A DNA stretch of 64,000 nt from Candidatus Ozemobacteraceae bacterium (GCA_965140445.1 OZ223236.1:1952001-2016000); one strand, 5' to 3'. Numbered from the stretch's first letter, positions 49,355-59,316 are shown. Notes: generated from the sequence alone by a model not told the origin. Numbers and translations: made by a program.

Positions 49355-50023
49355 TCAAGAAAGGCTGTCCAAGGGGATATAGCCAGACTCTTTCAGGCTT
49401 AAATGATAACTTAGCGACTCAAGCTCGGTTGTGAGATCTACATTGTGTACAACAACATCTTCTGTTGATATAAGCTTGAAAGGGGCAAAGTTCAAAACAG
49501 CTTTTACACCTGAGAGCATAATGTAATCGTAAACTTCTTTAATAGCTTCAGCGGGAATCGTCAGAATCAGAATCTCGATGTCACGTTCCTTAACAATTTG
49601 GGGAATCTTTTCTACTGGAAGCACTTTTCCGCCTTGGCCAAATTCGTGGCCAATAATTTTTGGATCTTTATCAAAAAGAGCGGCAACTTTAAAATTTCGT
49701 TTTTCAAAGCCATTGTATAGTGCCAGTGCTGTGCCTAGTCGGCCACCAGCTCCAATAATTCCAGCTTTTCTGACTCTTTGAAGCCCAAGAATTTTTATTA
49801 TGTGGTCTCTAAGTTTTTTTACTGAATATCCAACGCCTCTTTTGCCAAATTCGCCAAAATAGGCTAAATCTTTTCTTACCTGAGCAGGATTAAGGGCCAG
49901 ACGCTTGGCAAGGTCGTGCGAAGAAATTACTTTTAATCCCTCTTCAGCCAGTGAGCTGAGACATCGCAAATATATGGATAACCTTCTTATTGTTGCCTGA
50001 GGCGGTACTAGTTTTTTACCCAC
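49355..50023 (-). CDS. rex: Redox-sensing transcriptional repressor Rex
   Basis: ATIRRLSIYLR, QVRKDLAYFGEFGKRGVGY, GAGG.LG, LNFAP. Confidence 0.96.
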   Translation of the reverse strand: MGKKLVPPQATIRRLSIYLRCLSSLAEEGLKVISSHDLAKRLALNPAQVRKDLAYFGEFGKRGVGYSVKKLRDHIIKILGLQRVRKAGIIGAGGRLGTALALYNGFEKRNFKVAALFDKDPKIIGHEFGQGGKVLPVEKIPQIVKERDIEILILTIPAEAIKEVYDYIMLSGVKAVLNFAPFKLISTEDVVVHNVDLTTELESLSYHLSLKESGYIPLDSLS

Positions 50024-50103
50024 ATTAATGCTCCTGTGATACTTTGTGAATTTTCAGTTTTTACCATAGATGTTCCAGCTTTTCAAGCAGGAAACACGAG
50101 TTA

Positions 50104-51069
50104 CTAAAGCTTGTCTGTTTTTAATCTGAAACCCAGAAGGAAATCTTTTACCGGCAATTTTCCTCTGCCAGGCTTTTGAAGTTCAAGTAAGCTTATGGCG
50201 CTGTTCTTACCGCAAGCTATTATAAATCCTTCTCCGGGGGAAAATTTCAGGACTGTTCCCGGGGCAGAATTAGAAGTGTTCGTTTCTGAAACCTTTGCTG
50301 AGAATACTTTTATTCGATCCTCGCAATGATTGAACCAGGCTCCCGGAAAGGGATTCATCGCTCTGATCAATCTTTCAATAGCAGGGGCTTCCAGATTCCA
50401 GTCTATTTGAGCCATTTGAGGTGAGATCTTACAGGTATAGGTTGCCTTTGAATGATCCTGAACAACAGGGGAAATTTTCTTTTCTGCAAAGTCTTTTAAA
50501 GCTTTTAACAGCAAAGCAGAACCTGAAAAACATAGTTTGTCATGTAAAGTTTCGACAGTCTCATCAGCAACAATTTCAACTTCGTTGACAGCAAGCATAT
50601 CGCCTTCATCCATTTTGCTGTTCATAAGCATTACAGTATTACCTGTTTTACTTTCCCCTTCAAGGATTGCGTGATGAATAGGGGAGGGGCCTCGAAATTT
50701 TGGCAGCAATGAGGCATGAAGGTTTACTGCTGCGATAGTTGGGATGTCCAATACTTTTTGGGTAAGAATTAACCCGTAGGCTACAACTACCAGAAAGTCA
50801 GGTTTAAAGCTGGCTAATTTTTCGATTTCTTCGGGAAACTTTTTGAATGAAGATGGGGTGCAAACCTCAAGTTCTCTGGAAAGTGCGAATTCCTTAACCG
50901 GAGTCATTGCGGTTTTCTTCCCTCGGCCTTTAGGTTTATCTGGCATGCAGTATACTGCTTCAACAGAAAAGTCTGAATCTTCGCACAAAGCCTTTAATGC
51001 TGGCACGGCAAAGTCAGGACAACCCATAAAAACAACTTTATATTTAGGTAATCCGGAAGCTGAATTCAT
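50104..51069 (-). CDS. fmt: Methionyl-tRNA formyltransferase
   Basis: FMGCPDFA, PDKPKGRG, VVAYG, NLHASLLPKFRG, MDEGD. Confidence 0.97.
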   Translation of the reverse strand: MNSASGLPKYKVVFMGCPDFAVPALKALCEDSDFSVEAVYCMPDKPKGRGKKTAMTPVKEFALSRELEVCTPSSFKKFPEEIEKLASFKPDFLVVVAYGLILTQKVLDIPTIAAVNLHASLLPKFRGPSPIHHAILEGESKTGNTVMLMNSKMDEGDMLAVNEVEIVADETVETLHDKLCFSGSALLLKALKDFAEKKISPVVQDHSKATYTCKISPQMAQIDWNLEAPAIERLIRAMNPFPGAWFNHCEDRIKVFSAKVSETNTSNSAPGTVLKFSPGEGFIIACGKNSAISLLELQKPGRGKLPVKDFLLGFRLKTDKL

Positions 51070-51070
51070 T

Positions 51071-51595
51071 CTACTGTGCCACTTCTTCTTCTTCGTCGTC
51101 GATTAGGGACTGGCCGGATTTGAGTATTTCTAACTCGTGTTTTATCTGTAGTTTTCTTGCTTTGGAAATTCTATCCACAAATAAAACCCCATCAAGATGG
51201 TCAAGCTCATGCTGAATGGCACGCGCCAGAAGGCCTTCAGCTTCTATCTCATAGGTGTCGCCTTCAATATCAGTATATTCAGCTACAACGGTGGTTGCTC
51301 TTTCAACTTTTTCAGTGAGCCCTGGAAGTGAAAGACAACCTTCATCACAGGTTTCTTTTCCTGATTTTTTAAGGATAGATGGATTTATAAGAACCAAAGG
51401 ATCGTCGCCAATGTCTATAATTACCATTCTTATGTTTTTGCCAACCTGTGGGGCAGCAAGACCAACGCCATTTGCTGCATACATGGTTTCAAACATATCG
51501 TCGACAAGTTGTCGGAGTTCATCATTTATTTCTTCGATTGGTTGCGAATTTTCTCTTAATTCTTCTTCGCCATAATGTAGTATTCGATATTTCAT
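51071..51595 (-). CDS. def: Peptide deformylase
   Basis: GVGLAAPQ, EGCLS, QHELDH; start at ATG 51595 after AGGAGG. Confidence 0.97.
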   Translation of the reverse strand: MKYRILHYGEEELRENSQPIEEINDELRQLVDDMFETMYAANGVGLAAPQVGKNIRMVIIDIGDDPLVLINPSILKKSGKETCDEGCLSLPGLTEKVERATTVVAEYTDIEGDTYEIEAEGLLARAIQHELDHLDGVLFVDRISKARKLQIKHELEILKSGQSLIDDEEEEVAQ

Positions 51596-51673
51596 AATGC
51601 CTCCTGGCATTTTGTGTATTTTCGTTTGTGAATAATATAACTTTTCTGGGTAATGTGTCAAAGAAATACTGAG

Positions 51674-54067
51674 TTAAAGCATGAAATAGGGATTAACATC
51701 TATGGAAATTCTCGTGTTATGAGGAACCTTAATCTCGTTCATTGCCTTATCAATAGTGATTACCAGCTCTTCAAGCGATAACATTTTTAAAACGAGTTGA
51801 TATCTGTATTTCCCGTGAATTCTTTCTATGGCTGCCGGAACAGGTCCCAGCAATTGAAAACCTGGTTTTTCAGATTGCTCCAGCAATTTATCCCCTAAAA
51901 GACTGGAAATTTCGCGAGCCTTATCTTCTATTTCTGAGGTTACAATAAATGAAGCCAGTTCCGTAAATGGTGGGAAAATAGCTTCTTTTCTCATAAGGGC
52001 TTCGGTTTCAAAAAAACCGTAATAATCTTCTGTTACGGCAAACTTTATCGAATGATGGTCTGGGTAATAAGTTTGCAAAACAACCCGGCCTGGGGTGTCA
52101 CCACGTCCAGCCCTGCCAGCAACCTGAGCTAGCAGGGAAAAGTTCCTTTCAGAAGCTCTGAAATCCGGGATTCTAAGTAAACTGTCAGCCGCGAGAATTC
52201 CCACAACTGTTACGTCCGGGAAATCAAGCCCTTTGGCAACCATCTGAGTTCCAATCAGAATATCAATTTTTTTCTGTCCAAACGCATCCAGAATTTCTTC
52301 CATATTGCCTTTGGGACCTACTGTGTCAGAGTCCAGGCGTTCAACCCGTGCTTCAGGAAAGTATCTTTTTGCTTCTGCTTCAACTCTCTGGGTTCCACCG
52401 CCGTAAAATTTAATTTTAGCACTTTGGCAGTTGGGGCAGGTTTGAGGAACTTGCTTTATCTCACCGCAGTAGTGGCAGCGTAGAATTTTGCTGCCCGCAT
52501 GATAAACAAGTGATACGTTGCATTTTGAGCATTGAACCGCTTCTCCGCATTCCCGGCAAAAGACAAAGCTGCTGTAACCTCTGCGATTTAAAAACAGTAT
52601 GACTTGCTTTTTATCTTTCAGCGCAGCTTTAATCTCTCTGCTTAAAGCCATTGAAAACATGGATCTGTTTTTCCTCGTAACCAGTTCAAAACGCATATCC
52701 ACGACTTCAACCATTGGTGGGAGTTTGTCTCCTACACGTTGGTTCATTTCAACTAAAACGTAATCATCATTTTTGCATTTCTGAAATGAATCTATGGTTG
52801 GCGTTGCTGAACCCATTACTAACAAGGCATTTTCAAGCTGACATCTAATCTGAGCTACTTCCCGGGCGTGGTATCTCGGTGAGTCTGCCTGCTTAAAAGA
52901 TGGTTCGCCTTCTTCGTCCAGAATTATAGTTCCCAGATTCGGCGTTGGGGCAAAAACTGCTGATCGGGCTCCAACTACTACAGGGCAGTGACCGCGCCTG
53001 ATCTCTTCCCATTGATCAAATCTTTCTCCATAACTTAGCTTGGAATGGAGTATCGCAACTTTTTCGCCAAACCTGTCTTTAAATCTTTTCATCATCTGAG
53101 GCGTGAGAGATATCTCTGGAACCAATACAATAGCTGATTTTCCCTTTGCTATGGTTTCGGCAACCCATCTTAAATAGACCTCGGTTTTTCCCGAGCAGGT
53201 TACACCCCTTACTAAAACTGGTCTCTTATCAGTGGCGTCCGACTTTTCAAGAGCTTCAAGGACATTTGCCTGATCTTGTGACAAAGAAGGAGCTGGAGTG
53301 GCTTCACGTTCATAATATTGCCCCTGGGCAACTTCACGGATTATTCGTTCTTCGCGCTCAACGATAAGATTTTTTTTCTTAAGCTGGCTGACTGGTCCAG
53401 CGCTTACCCCAGCTGCCTTCTGGATAGAGGAGCTGGTCATTGGACAATTGTTTTTTAGCAACAGCTCTATGACAATTTTTTCTTTAGGGGTTAACTTATC
53501 AATTTCTATTGGTGTTTCATGGTTTATTTGAAGAACCTTGATCATCTTGGGTTTAGCGTTTTGCGAAATCTGATGACCTATTTCAACGGTTCCGTCTATA
53601 ACCCAGTCATTTACCTTTCGGGAAGCACCTGGAAATTTGTCAATAAAGGTTGAATAATTAGCCCAATCTTGCTGTTTAAGCCATTCAAAAGGATCTACGT
53701 CTGCAATGCTCTGCCCTTTGGCAGTTAGTCTTATCAAGCGCTGAACCGTTTGTTTAACGCCTCCGGGAAGCATTGCATGCAAAACTTCGCCAGGCTTGCA
53801 AACGCAATCCCTTGCTACTCTAAATGCTAACTTAAGCATATTAGGGCTTAAAAGAGGAATTGGGTCAAGAATGGTTGAGACAGGACGGGTTTGAAAATCA
53901 GGCTGATTCTGATGGACTTTGGTTATGTACCCAATTATTCGTCGGTTTCTTACAAAAACCAGCGCTCTGGCACCTTCTTGTGGAATTTCATTTTCTGAAT
54001 CGTAATGGTAAGTTAATGTGCCATCGCCAATTGGATCTGGAAAGGAGACCTCAATAAAATGTCTCAT
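51674..54067 (-). CDS. priA: Primosomal protein N' (replication restart helicase)
   Basis: GVTCSGKTEVY, VPEISLTPQ, Cys-rich zinc region, GTQMVAKGLDFP, QVAGRAGR. Confidence 0.97.
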   Translation of the reverse strand: MRHFIEVSFPDPIGDGTLTYHYDSENEIPQEGARALVFVRNRRIIGYITKVHQNQPDFQTRPVSTILDPIPLLSPNMLKLAFRVARDCVCKPGEVLHAMLPGGVKQTVQRLIRLTAKGQSIADVDPFEWLKQQDWANYSTFIDKFPGASRKVNDWVIDGTVEIGHQISQNAKPKMIKVLQINHETPIEIDKLTPKEKIVIELLLKNNCPMTSSSIQKAAGVSAGPVSQLKKKNLIVEREERIIREVAQGQYYEREATPAPSLSQDQANVLEALEKSDATDKRPVLVRGVTCSGKTEVYLRWVAETIAKGKSAIVLVPEISLTPQMMKRFKDRFGEKVAILHSKLSYGERFDQWEEIRRGHCPVVVGARSAVFAPTPNLGTIILDEEGEPSFKQADSPRYHAREVAQIRCQLENALLVMGSATPTIDSFQKCKNDDYVLVEMNQRVGDKLPPMVEVVDMRFELVTRKNRSMFSMALSREIKAALKDKKQVILFLNRRGYSSFVFCRECGEAVQCSKCNVSLVYHAGSKILRCHYCGEIKQVPQTCPNCQSAKIKFYGGGTQRVEAEAKRYFPEARVERLDSDTVGPKGNMEEILDAFGQKKIDILIGTQMVAKGLDFPDVTVVGILAADSLLRIPDFRASERNFSLLAQVAGRAGRGDTPGRVVLQTYYPDHHSIKFAVTEDYYGFFETEALMRKEAIFPPFTELASFIVTSEIEDKAREISSLLGDKLLEQSEKPGFQLLGPVPAAIERIHGKYRYQLVLKMLSLEELVITIDKAMNEIKVPHNTRISIDVNPYFML

Positions 54068-54073
54068 TACTTT

Positions 54074-55060
54074 TTATCCGTTATCAATAGATGATAAATG
54101 GGATAATAAAACATCAGAAAGCCTGGCAAAACAGCATTGACCATCCAGATTGGGAATAATTCTGTTGCAGCTTGGTGTGGCCAGCTCAATTCCATTTTTT
54201 AAGCGTTTGGCAAAAAACAGGTTATTGCTTGAGCCGTTCTCATTAATTTCGAATTCAGATTCTGGAAAGACGAACTTCACATTAAGTGGAGCTTTTATCT
54301 CTGTATTCAATTCCAATTCCATTTCAGTGATAAGTTCATGCTTTTTTTTGTTTTTTGAAACAGAAATTCGCGGGCCATCATAAGCTTCTATCAGCAGATC
54401 GCAGGTAGATTCTTCAGGAGACATTTTTTTTATGCCTCTCTGTTGAAGCTCTCTTGAAAGAATAGCTATCCAGCCAGGTTTCTCACAAAAGTGTTTATTC
54501 AAAGGTTCTGGGACATCATAAGAAATGTGAAAGGTTTTTGTTTTATTTAATTGTCTGTTATGCAAAAACTTTACAATTTCAGAAAACGACTGTTCAAAAA
54601 AGCTCGCAATCTTTGAGTTTGCTGCTGGCAATTCCGATAGAAAGCACGGAATTTCAGTAGCAACAGGGTCTGCTGTAAGTGAATGCTTTTCATGAAGGAT
54701 AAAGAATGCACTCGAATTACTTTTGCTGAATTCAATAACCGGATTGTCAGAAGTATTTGCAAAAACACATGTGAGATCATGTTTTTGAGGAGATATAAAA
54801 ACCGTACAATCAAATTGAATGTTGGTTCGCAAACTCCAGGAAGGATGATGGACTCTGGACAATACAGAACTACCGACAACTGATTTTATAGAGTTCTCGG
54901 TAACCCAGGCTTCTGCTCCATCAAGAAAAGCCGTTTTAACATCAAATCCTGATTGCGAAAAAAGCATTGCCAGCTCTAATGATAAGGCTGAAGCAATGCC
55001 TTTTCCAAAAACAATAAGAATTCTGGAAGAATTATTTTTTCTTTTCTTGGACCTCAACAA
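54074..55060 (-). CDS. Highly divergent CoaBC/flavoprotein-like protein, probably non-catalytic
   Basis: Occupies the coaBC position between rpoZ and priA. N-terminus RILIVFGKGIAS...GFDVKTAFLDGAEAWV resembles the CoaC flavoprotein start, but the catalytic motifs are not recognisable. Confidence 0.55.
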   Translation of the reverse strand: MLRSKKRKNNSSRILIVFGKGIASALSLELAMLFSQSGFDVKTAFLDGAEAWVTENSIKSVVGSSVLSRVHHPSWSLRTNIQFDCTVFISPQKHDLTCVFANTSDNPVIEFSKSNSSAFFILHEKHSLTADPVATEIPCFLSELPAANSKIASFFEQSFSEIVKFLHNRQLNKTKTFHISYDVPEPLNKHFCEKPGWIAILSRELQQRGIKKMSPEESTCDLLIEAYDGPRISVSKNKKKHELITEMELELNTEIKAPLNVKFVFPESEFEINENGSSNNLFFAKRLKNGIELATPSCNRIIPNLDGQCCFARLSDVLLSHLSSIDNG

Positions 55061-55235
55061 CGAGGGCTCCTGAAGCTATTTCTTCCATTGCAATTTTGAC
55101 CAGATTTTCGTCAAAATCTTCGATCAATCTTCTTTTTCCATCTACGAGCAATTTAACGCGGTTTGAAATTGCCATAACTGCATCATATTTGTTAGGAATT
55201 TTAGTTGTGATTTCTGTTCTTGAACGAAATTTCAT
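55032..55235 (-). CDS. rpoZ: RNA polymerase omega subunit
   Basis: [17 protein letters not shown]...[11 protein letters not shown]; synteny. Confidence 0.88.
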   Translation of the reverse strand: MKFRSRTEITTKIPNKYDAVMAISNRVKLLVDGKRRLIEDFDENLVKIAMEEIASGALVVEVQEKKK

Positions 55236-55549
55236 GATTCCACCTCCGTGGGTTCCATATCTTTGCCTACCGACGAATCGTCATGCTCACCAGCGTCATG
55301 ACTGACTTTCTTACCTAATAATCTCATTGCTGCTGTTTCTGGATTTATTGCAGAGAGGATAACGTGATTAGAATCAGTTACCACGATAGCTCTGGTTTTT
55401 CGGCCATAAGTAGCATCAATTAACTTGCCCTGTTCCTTGGCGTCTTCTTTTAGTCGCTTAATTGGAGCTGATCCGGGGCCTACTATTGCTACAATTCTCT
55501 CTGCAACAACAACATTTCCAAAACCGATATTAAGCAATCTTGCTCTCAT
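55232..55549 (-). CDS. remA: DUF370 / RemA family regulator
   Basis: [35 protein letters not shown]. Confidence 0.93.
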   Translation of the reverse strand: MRARLLNIGFGNVVVAERIVAIVGPGSAPIKRLKEDAKEQGKLIDATYGRKTRAIVVTDSNHVILSAINPETAAMRLLGKKVSHDAGEHDDSSVGKDMEPTEVES

Positions 55550-55558
55550 ACTACGCTC

Positions 55559-56434
55559 CTATTCAAGATTCTGGGCTTGTTCACGAATTTTTTCGATTTC
55601 ACATTTTATGTCGAGGACATGCTGTGAAATTTCTACATCATTTATTTTGCTGCTAAGAGTGTTGGCTTCACGATTTAGTTCCTGGACCAGAAAGTCTAAT
55701 CTTCTACCAATTGGTTTTGAAGATTTAAGAATGTTTTCCATCTCTTTGAGATGACTGTGAAGTCTTTCTAATTCTTCGCTAACGTCACTTTTGTCTGCCC
55801 AGATCGCAATTTCTGTGCTCATGCGCGACTCATCATAACCGGCTTTTTCGGTAAGCTCAGTTATTCTTTCAGTGAAACGCTTGATGTAGTCTTGTTTAAA
55901 ATCAGGAAGCTTTTCTTCAATCTTTTTGATTGCTTCAGTAAGATTTGCTTTCCTCTGAAGAAGATCAGCTGCTGTATTAGCACCTTCTCTTTGTCTGGCT
56001 TCAATAAAAACTTTTATAGCTTCTTCAAGAACTGGTGAAATTCTGTTCCAGATCTTTTCAGTGTCAGATGGTTTGTTATCAACCTTCATGACTCCAGGAA
56101 GAGAAAGAAGTCCGTCAAGCTGGAGAGGTAACTCAAGGCCTGTTTCCTGGTTTAATTCCTGATTGAGTGATACAAGCTTTTTTAAAAGTGGCTTGTTAAT
56201 AATAACATCTTGATTCGGGCTATAATCCACGTATTCAAGGTGTAAATAAAGTTTTCCCCTAGTGACCATCTGACTAATGCTTTTGCGAATTTGTCCATCG
56301 GCCCAATTAAAACCATAAGGAAGATGGAGGTCTATCTGAAGGAAACGGTTGTTGACAGACTTAAGCTCAACGCTAACGCGCCCAGCCTCATCTGAAAAAG
56401 TTGATCGCCCAAAACCTGTTAAGCTTGAAATCAT
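55559..56434 (-). CDS. yicC: YicC/YloC family endoribonuclease
   Basis: SLTGFGR, ELKSVNNRF, DVSEELERL.SH, GRRLDFLVQELNREANT, IREQAQNLE. Confidence 0.95.
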   Translation of the reverse strand: MISSLTGFGRSTFSDEAGRVSVELKSVNNRFLQIDLHLPYGFNWADGQIRKSISQMVTRGKLYLHLEYVDYSPNQDVIINKPLLKKLVSLNQELNQETGLELPLQLDGLLSLPGVMKVDNKPSDTEKIWNRISPVLEEAIKVFIEARQREGANTAADLLQRKANLTEAIKKIEEKLPDFKQDYIKRFTERITELTEKAGYDESRMSTEIAIWADKSDVSEELERLHSHLKEMENILKSSKPIGRRLDFLVQELNREANTLSSKINDVEISQHVLDIKCEIEKIREQAQNLE

Positions 56435-56442
56435 AGGCGGTA

Positions 56443-56471
56443 ATTATATCGTACATTTTCCAAGCTTTCAA
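56443..56471 (-). promoter_or_regulatory. Sigma70-type promoter of the yicC operon, probably leaderless
   Basis: Minus strand TTGAAA-17 nt-TATAAT, then 8 nt to ATG, with no SD. Confidence 0.6.
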
Positions 56472-56565
56472 GGGAATAAAATTTCTTTCAAAATATGCTC
56501 TGAATGTAACTTATAATCTGGAAAAAAAAAGTGGATTTTTTCTAACTTATAAATATTCAATCTGT

Positions 56566-57342
56566 ATGCTCAAAATTTTTGATACCCATTGCCATTTAGA
56601 TTCTCCTGTTTTTTCCAATGATTGCTCCGAAGTGCTTGAAAGATCATATAAAGTGGGCGTGCGCGGATTAATTGTTCCAGGAGTAACAGGTGCTTCTCGT
56701 CTGGAGTTAAATTTCAACCATGGAATTAAGATTTTTAAAGCCTGGGGAAAGCATCCAATATTTGAAGACAATTACCTGTACAATGAAAATGCCTTTTTTG
56801 ACAAAGATGCTGTTTGTGATGCTCCATTTGTGGCGATTGGGGAATGTGGATTGGATAGGCGATACAAATTTAGCCTTGAATCTCAATTGGCGCTTTTCAA
56901 GAAGCAGCTTGAGATTGCAACAGAATTGAAAATTCCGGTTATAGTTCATCTGGTAGGCTATTGGGATGAAGCAATAAAGCTTGCAAAGCAGTATTGTTCA
57001 AAATCCAGTCCCTGGATTTTACATTCTTTTTCAGGCTCTGCAGAGCTGGCCGAGCGTTTTCTGAGCATGGGCTGTTTTTTATCATTTTCTGGAAATATTT
57101 GCCGGGAAAAAAATCATAAAACCTTAAAGGTTGCAGAATCTGTACCCTTAGATCGGATTCTAATTGAAACGGATAGTCCGGATATGGCCGTGGAAATTTT
57201 TCCTTCTAAAAGAAATGAACCGGCTAATTTGAGGATTATTTTTGAGAAAGTAGCAAATATAAAGGGAATTTCCGCAGAAAAAATGTCTGAAATTTTGCTC
57301 CATAATACTTATAATGCTTTTAACCTCTCAATCGAAATTTAA
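56566..57342 (+). CDS. tatD: TatD family DNase
   Basis: DTHCHL, IGECGLD, VIVH, LHSFSG, IETDSPD, RNEP. Confidence 0.92.
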   Translation: MLKIFDTHCHLDSPVFSNDCSEVLERSYKVGVRGLIVPGVTGASRLELNFNHGIKIFKAWGKHPIFEDNYLYNENAFFDKDAVCDAPFVAIGECGLDRRYKFSLESQLALFKKQLEIATELKIPVIVHLVGYWDEAIKLAKQYCSKSSPWILHSFSGSAELAERFLSMGCFLSFSGNICREKNHKTLKVAESVPLDRILIETDSPDMAVEIFPSKRNEPANLRIIFEKVANIKGISAEKMSEILLHNTYNAFNLSIEI

Positions 57343-57365
57343 CTATTCACAGCAGGAGAATTATT

Positions 57366-58148
57366 TTGGATAACCGTTTTCATAGAACAGGGCTACTTAT
57401 AGGTGAAAAAGCAGTAGAAAAACTTAAAAATTCTCATGTGGCTGTATTTGGAATGGGCGGAGTTGGTTCTTATGCCGTTGAAGGATTGGCAAGAGCCGGA
57501 GTAGGCCATCTAACCATTATGGATTTTGATTCTGTTGGTATTTCAAATATTAATCGTCAGAATATTGCTTTATCCGAAACAGTGGGCATGCCTAAGGTTG
57601 ACGTGATGGAAAAGCGCATTTTAAGCATTAATCCAGAATGTAAAGTCACAAAAATTCATGATTTCTTTTGTGAAGATAACAGTGACCAGATATTGAACCA
57701 GAAATTTGATGCAGTTGTAGATGCAATTGATTCATTTAATCCCAAAATTAGATTAATAGTTGAGACTCTTAAACGAGAAATTCCTCTATTTGCAGCAATG
57801 GGGGCAGCAGGAAAAATTGATCCGTCCATGATTCGAATGGGGGACATTTCTAAGAGTAATATCTGTCCACTTGCCAGAAGAGTAAGAAAAAGCTTACGTA
57901 GTTTTGGTATAACCAGTGGATTTAATGTCGTTTACTCAATTGAACCACCAATACTCCCATTCTCACCTTATGAAATCGAAGAAGAGAAAAGAGAAGTTTC
58001 TCTCGACCGAGGAAGACTAAGAATGGTACAGGGATCAATCAGTTATTTAACTGCTATTTTTGGATTAAGCCTCTCTGGGCTGGTTATACAACACTTAACG
58101 GGCTTCTCCACAGCAAGAGAAAGCCCCCAGGCGGATATTCCGAGATAG
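57366..58148 (+). CDS. tcdA: tRNA threonylcarbamoyladenosine dehydratase (ThiF/E1 family)
   Basis: GMGGVGS, DFDSV..SNINRQ, VDAID, MGAAGKIDP, CPLARRVRK, VYSIEP. Confidence 0.9.
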   Translation: MDNRFHRTGLLIGEKAVEKLKNSHVAVFGMGGVGSYAVEGLARAGVGHLTIMDFDSVGISNINRQNIALSETVGMPKVDVMEKRILSINPECKVTKIHDFFCEDNSDQILNQKFDAVVDAIDSFNPKIRLIVETLKREIPLFAAMGAAGKIDPSMIRMGDISKSNICPLARRVRKSLRSFGITSGFNVVYSIEPPILPFSPYEIEEEKREVSLDRGRLRMVQGSISYLTAIFGLSLSGLVIQHLTGFSTARESPQADIPR

Positions 58149-58155
58149 ATTAAAA

Positions 58156-58956
58156 TTATTTAAAAATTTCAAAAAGCTGAGAAATCGAAATGTTTCCTGG
58201 TCTGGCTTTAGAGTCAATTCCAGCTTTTTCAAACTTTTCATCCCAATCAATCTGGTTGAATCTTTTCTTGAGAAGAGGAAGGGCCATTTTGCGCTTCTGC
58301 TGAAAAATAACTGAAGCAAACTTCAGGGTTTTTTCCCGCTCCGCGATTTCTTCCTCAGTTAAATTATAGGGTTCTACCACCAATATTGTGCTGTTGATTT
58401 TTGGCTTTGGAGTGAAAGATTCTGGCCCGTAAGTGTTTCCAGTATAGGCTTTTGCATAGAACTGAATCTGTAGCGAAAGAAAACCGTAATCACTTGAATT
58501 TACAGGGGCTGCAGCTTTTTTGGAAACCTCTTCCTGCAACAGAAAAACCATGCGAAGGGGCTTAGGGCTTTTTGCGAGAAAACTTCTTATAATTGGAGTC
58601 CCGCAGTAGTAGGGGAGATTACCTGTTACCAGCAACTTATCGGTTATTGGGGGAAATTGTTCGGGGCGGATTTCAAGAAAATCTCCCCAGATAAAGTTTA
58701 CTGACGGAAACTTTGCCAAAAGGCTTTCCTGAAGGCGCTCATCTATTTCAAAAGCGGTGAGTTGGGCGCCGGTTTGCAGAAGTTTCTCGGTTAACGCGCC
58801 CTTTCCTGGGCCAATTTCCCATATTTCATTATCTTCCTGTGCGCCAAGAAGCTCCAATACTTCTTCCGGGATTCGCTCATCTTTGCAGAAGTTTTGTCCC
58901 AGTGATTTTTTCGCTCTCAATCCATCAGAGTTTCTGAAGTTGCATTTATTATTCAT
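58156..58956 (-). CDS. rsmA: 16S rRNA (A1518/A1519) dimethyltransferase
   Basis: KKSLGQNF, EIGPGKGALT, FEID, GNLPY, F.PKPKINS. Confidence 0.95.
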   Translation of the reverse strand: MNNKCNFRNSDGLRAKKSLGQNFCKDERIPEEVLELLGAQEDNEIWEIGPGKGALTEKLLQTGAQLTAFEIDERLQESLLAKFPSVNFIWGDFLEIRPEQFPPITDKLLVTGNLPYYCGTPIIRSFLAKSPKPLRMVFLLQEEVSKKAAAPVNSSDYGFLSLQIQFYAKAYTGNTYGPESFTPKPKINSTILVVEPYNLTEEEIAEREKTLKFASVIFQQKRKMALPLLKKRFNQIDWDEKFEKAGIDSKARPGNISISQLFEIFK

Positions 58957-58962
58957 TAAAAT

Positions 58963-59256
58963 TTATTCCCAGAAGTCGTCATCGTCTTCTTCAATTTTTT
59001 TTGAAATGTCCTTTAGAATTTCAAAATATTCACTTCTTATACTTTTTTTCAAAGAAGTTCCTTTGATTTCCTGAAGAACTTTAACGGTTATTTCTCGTTT
59101 GGCTAATACTATTTCAATAATATCGCCTACGGAAACCTCTTTGGTGGCTTTGGCTGGTTGCTGGTTTACTTTTACCAGTTCTCTTTTGCAGGCTTCGTTG
59201 GCCAGAGCTCTTCTTTTTATAAGGCCTGTAACTTGTAGGTATTTATCTAGTCGCAT
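58963..59256 (-). CDS. S4-domain RNA-binding protein (Hsp15/RqcP-YabO-like)
   Basis: MRLDKYLQVTGLIKRRALANEAC...AK..KEVSVGD; start at ATG 59256 after GAGG. Confidence 0.9.
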   Translation of the reverse strand: MRLDKYLQVTGLIKRRALANEACKRELVKVNQQPAKATKEVSVGDIIEIVLAKREITVKVLQEIKGTSLKKSIRSEYFEILKDISKKIEEDDDDFWE

Positions 59257-59316
59257 TTTCCTTACCTCTTTAATAAGTGATAGTTTCGCAGGCTGGTAAC
59301 AAAAAGTCAAACCAAT

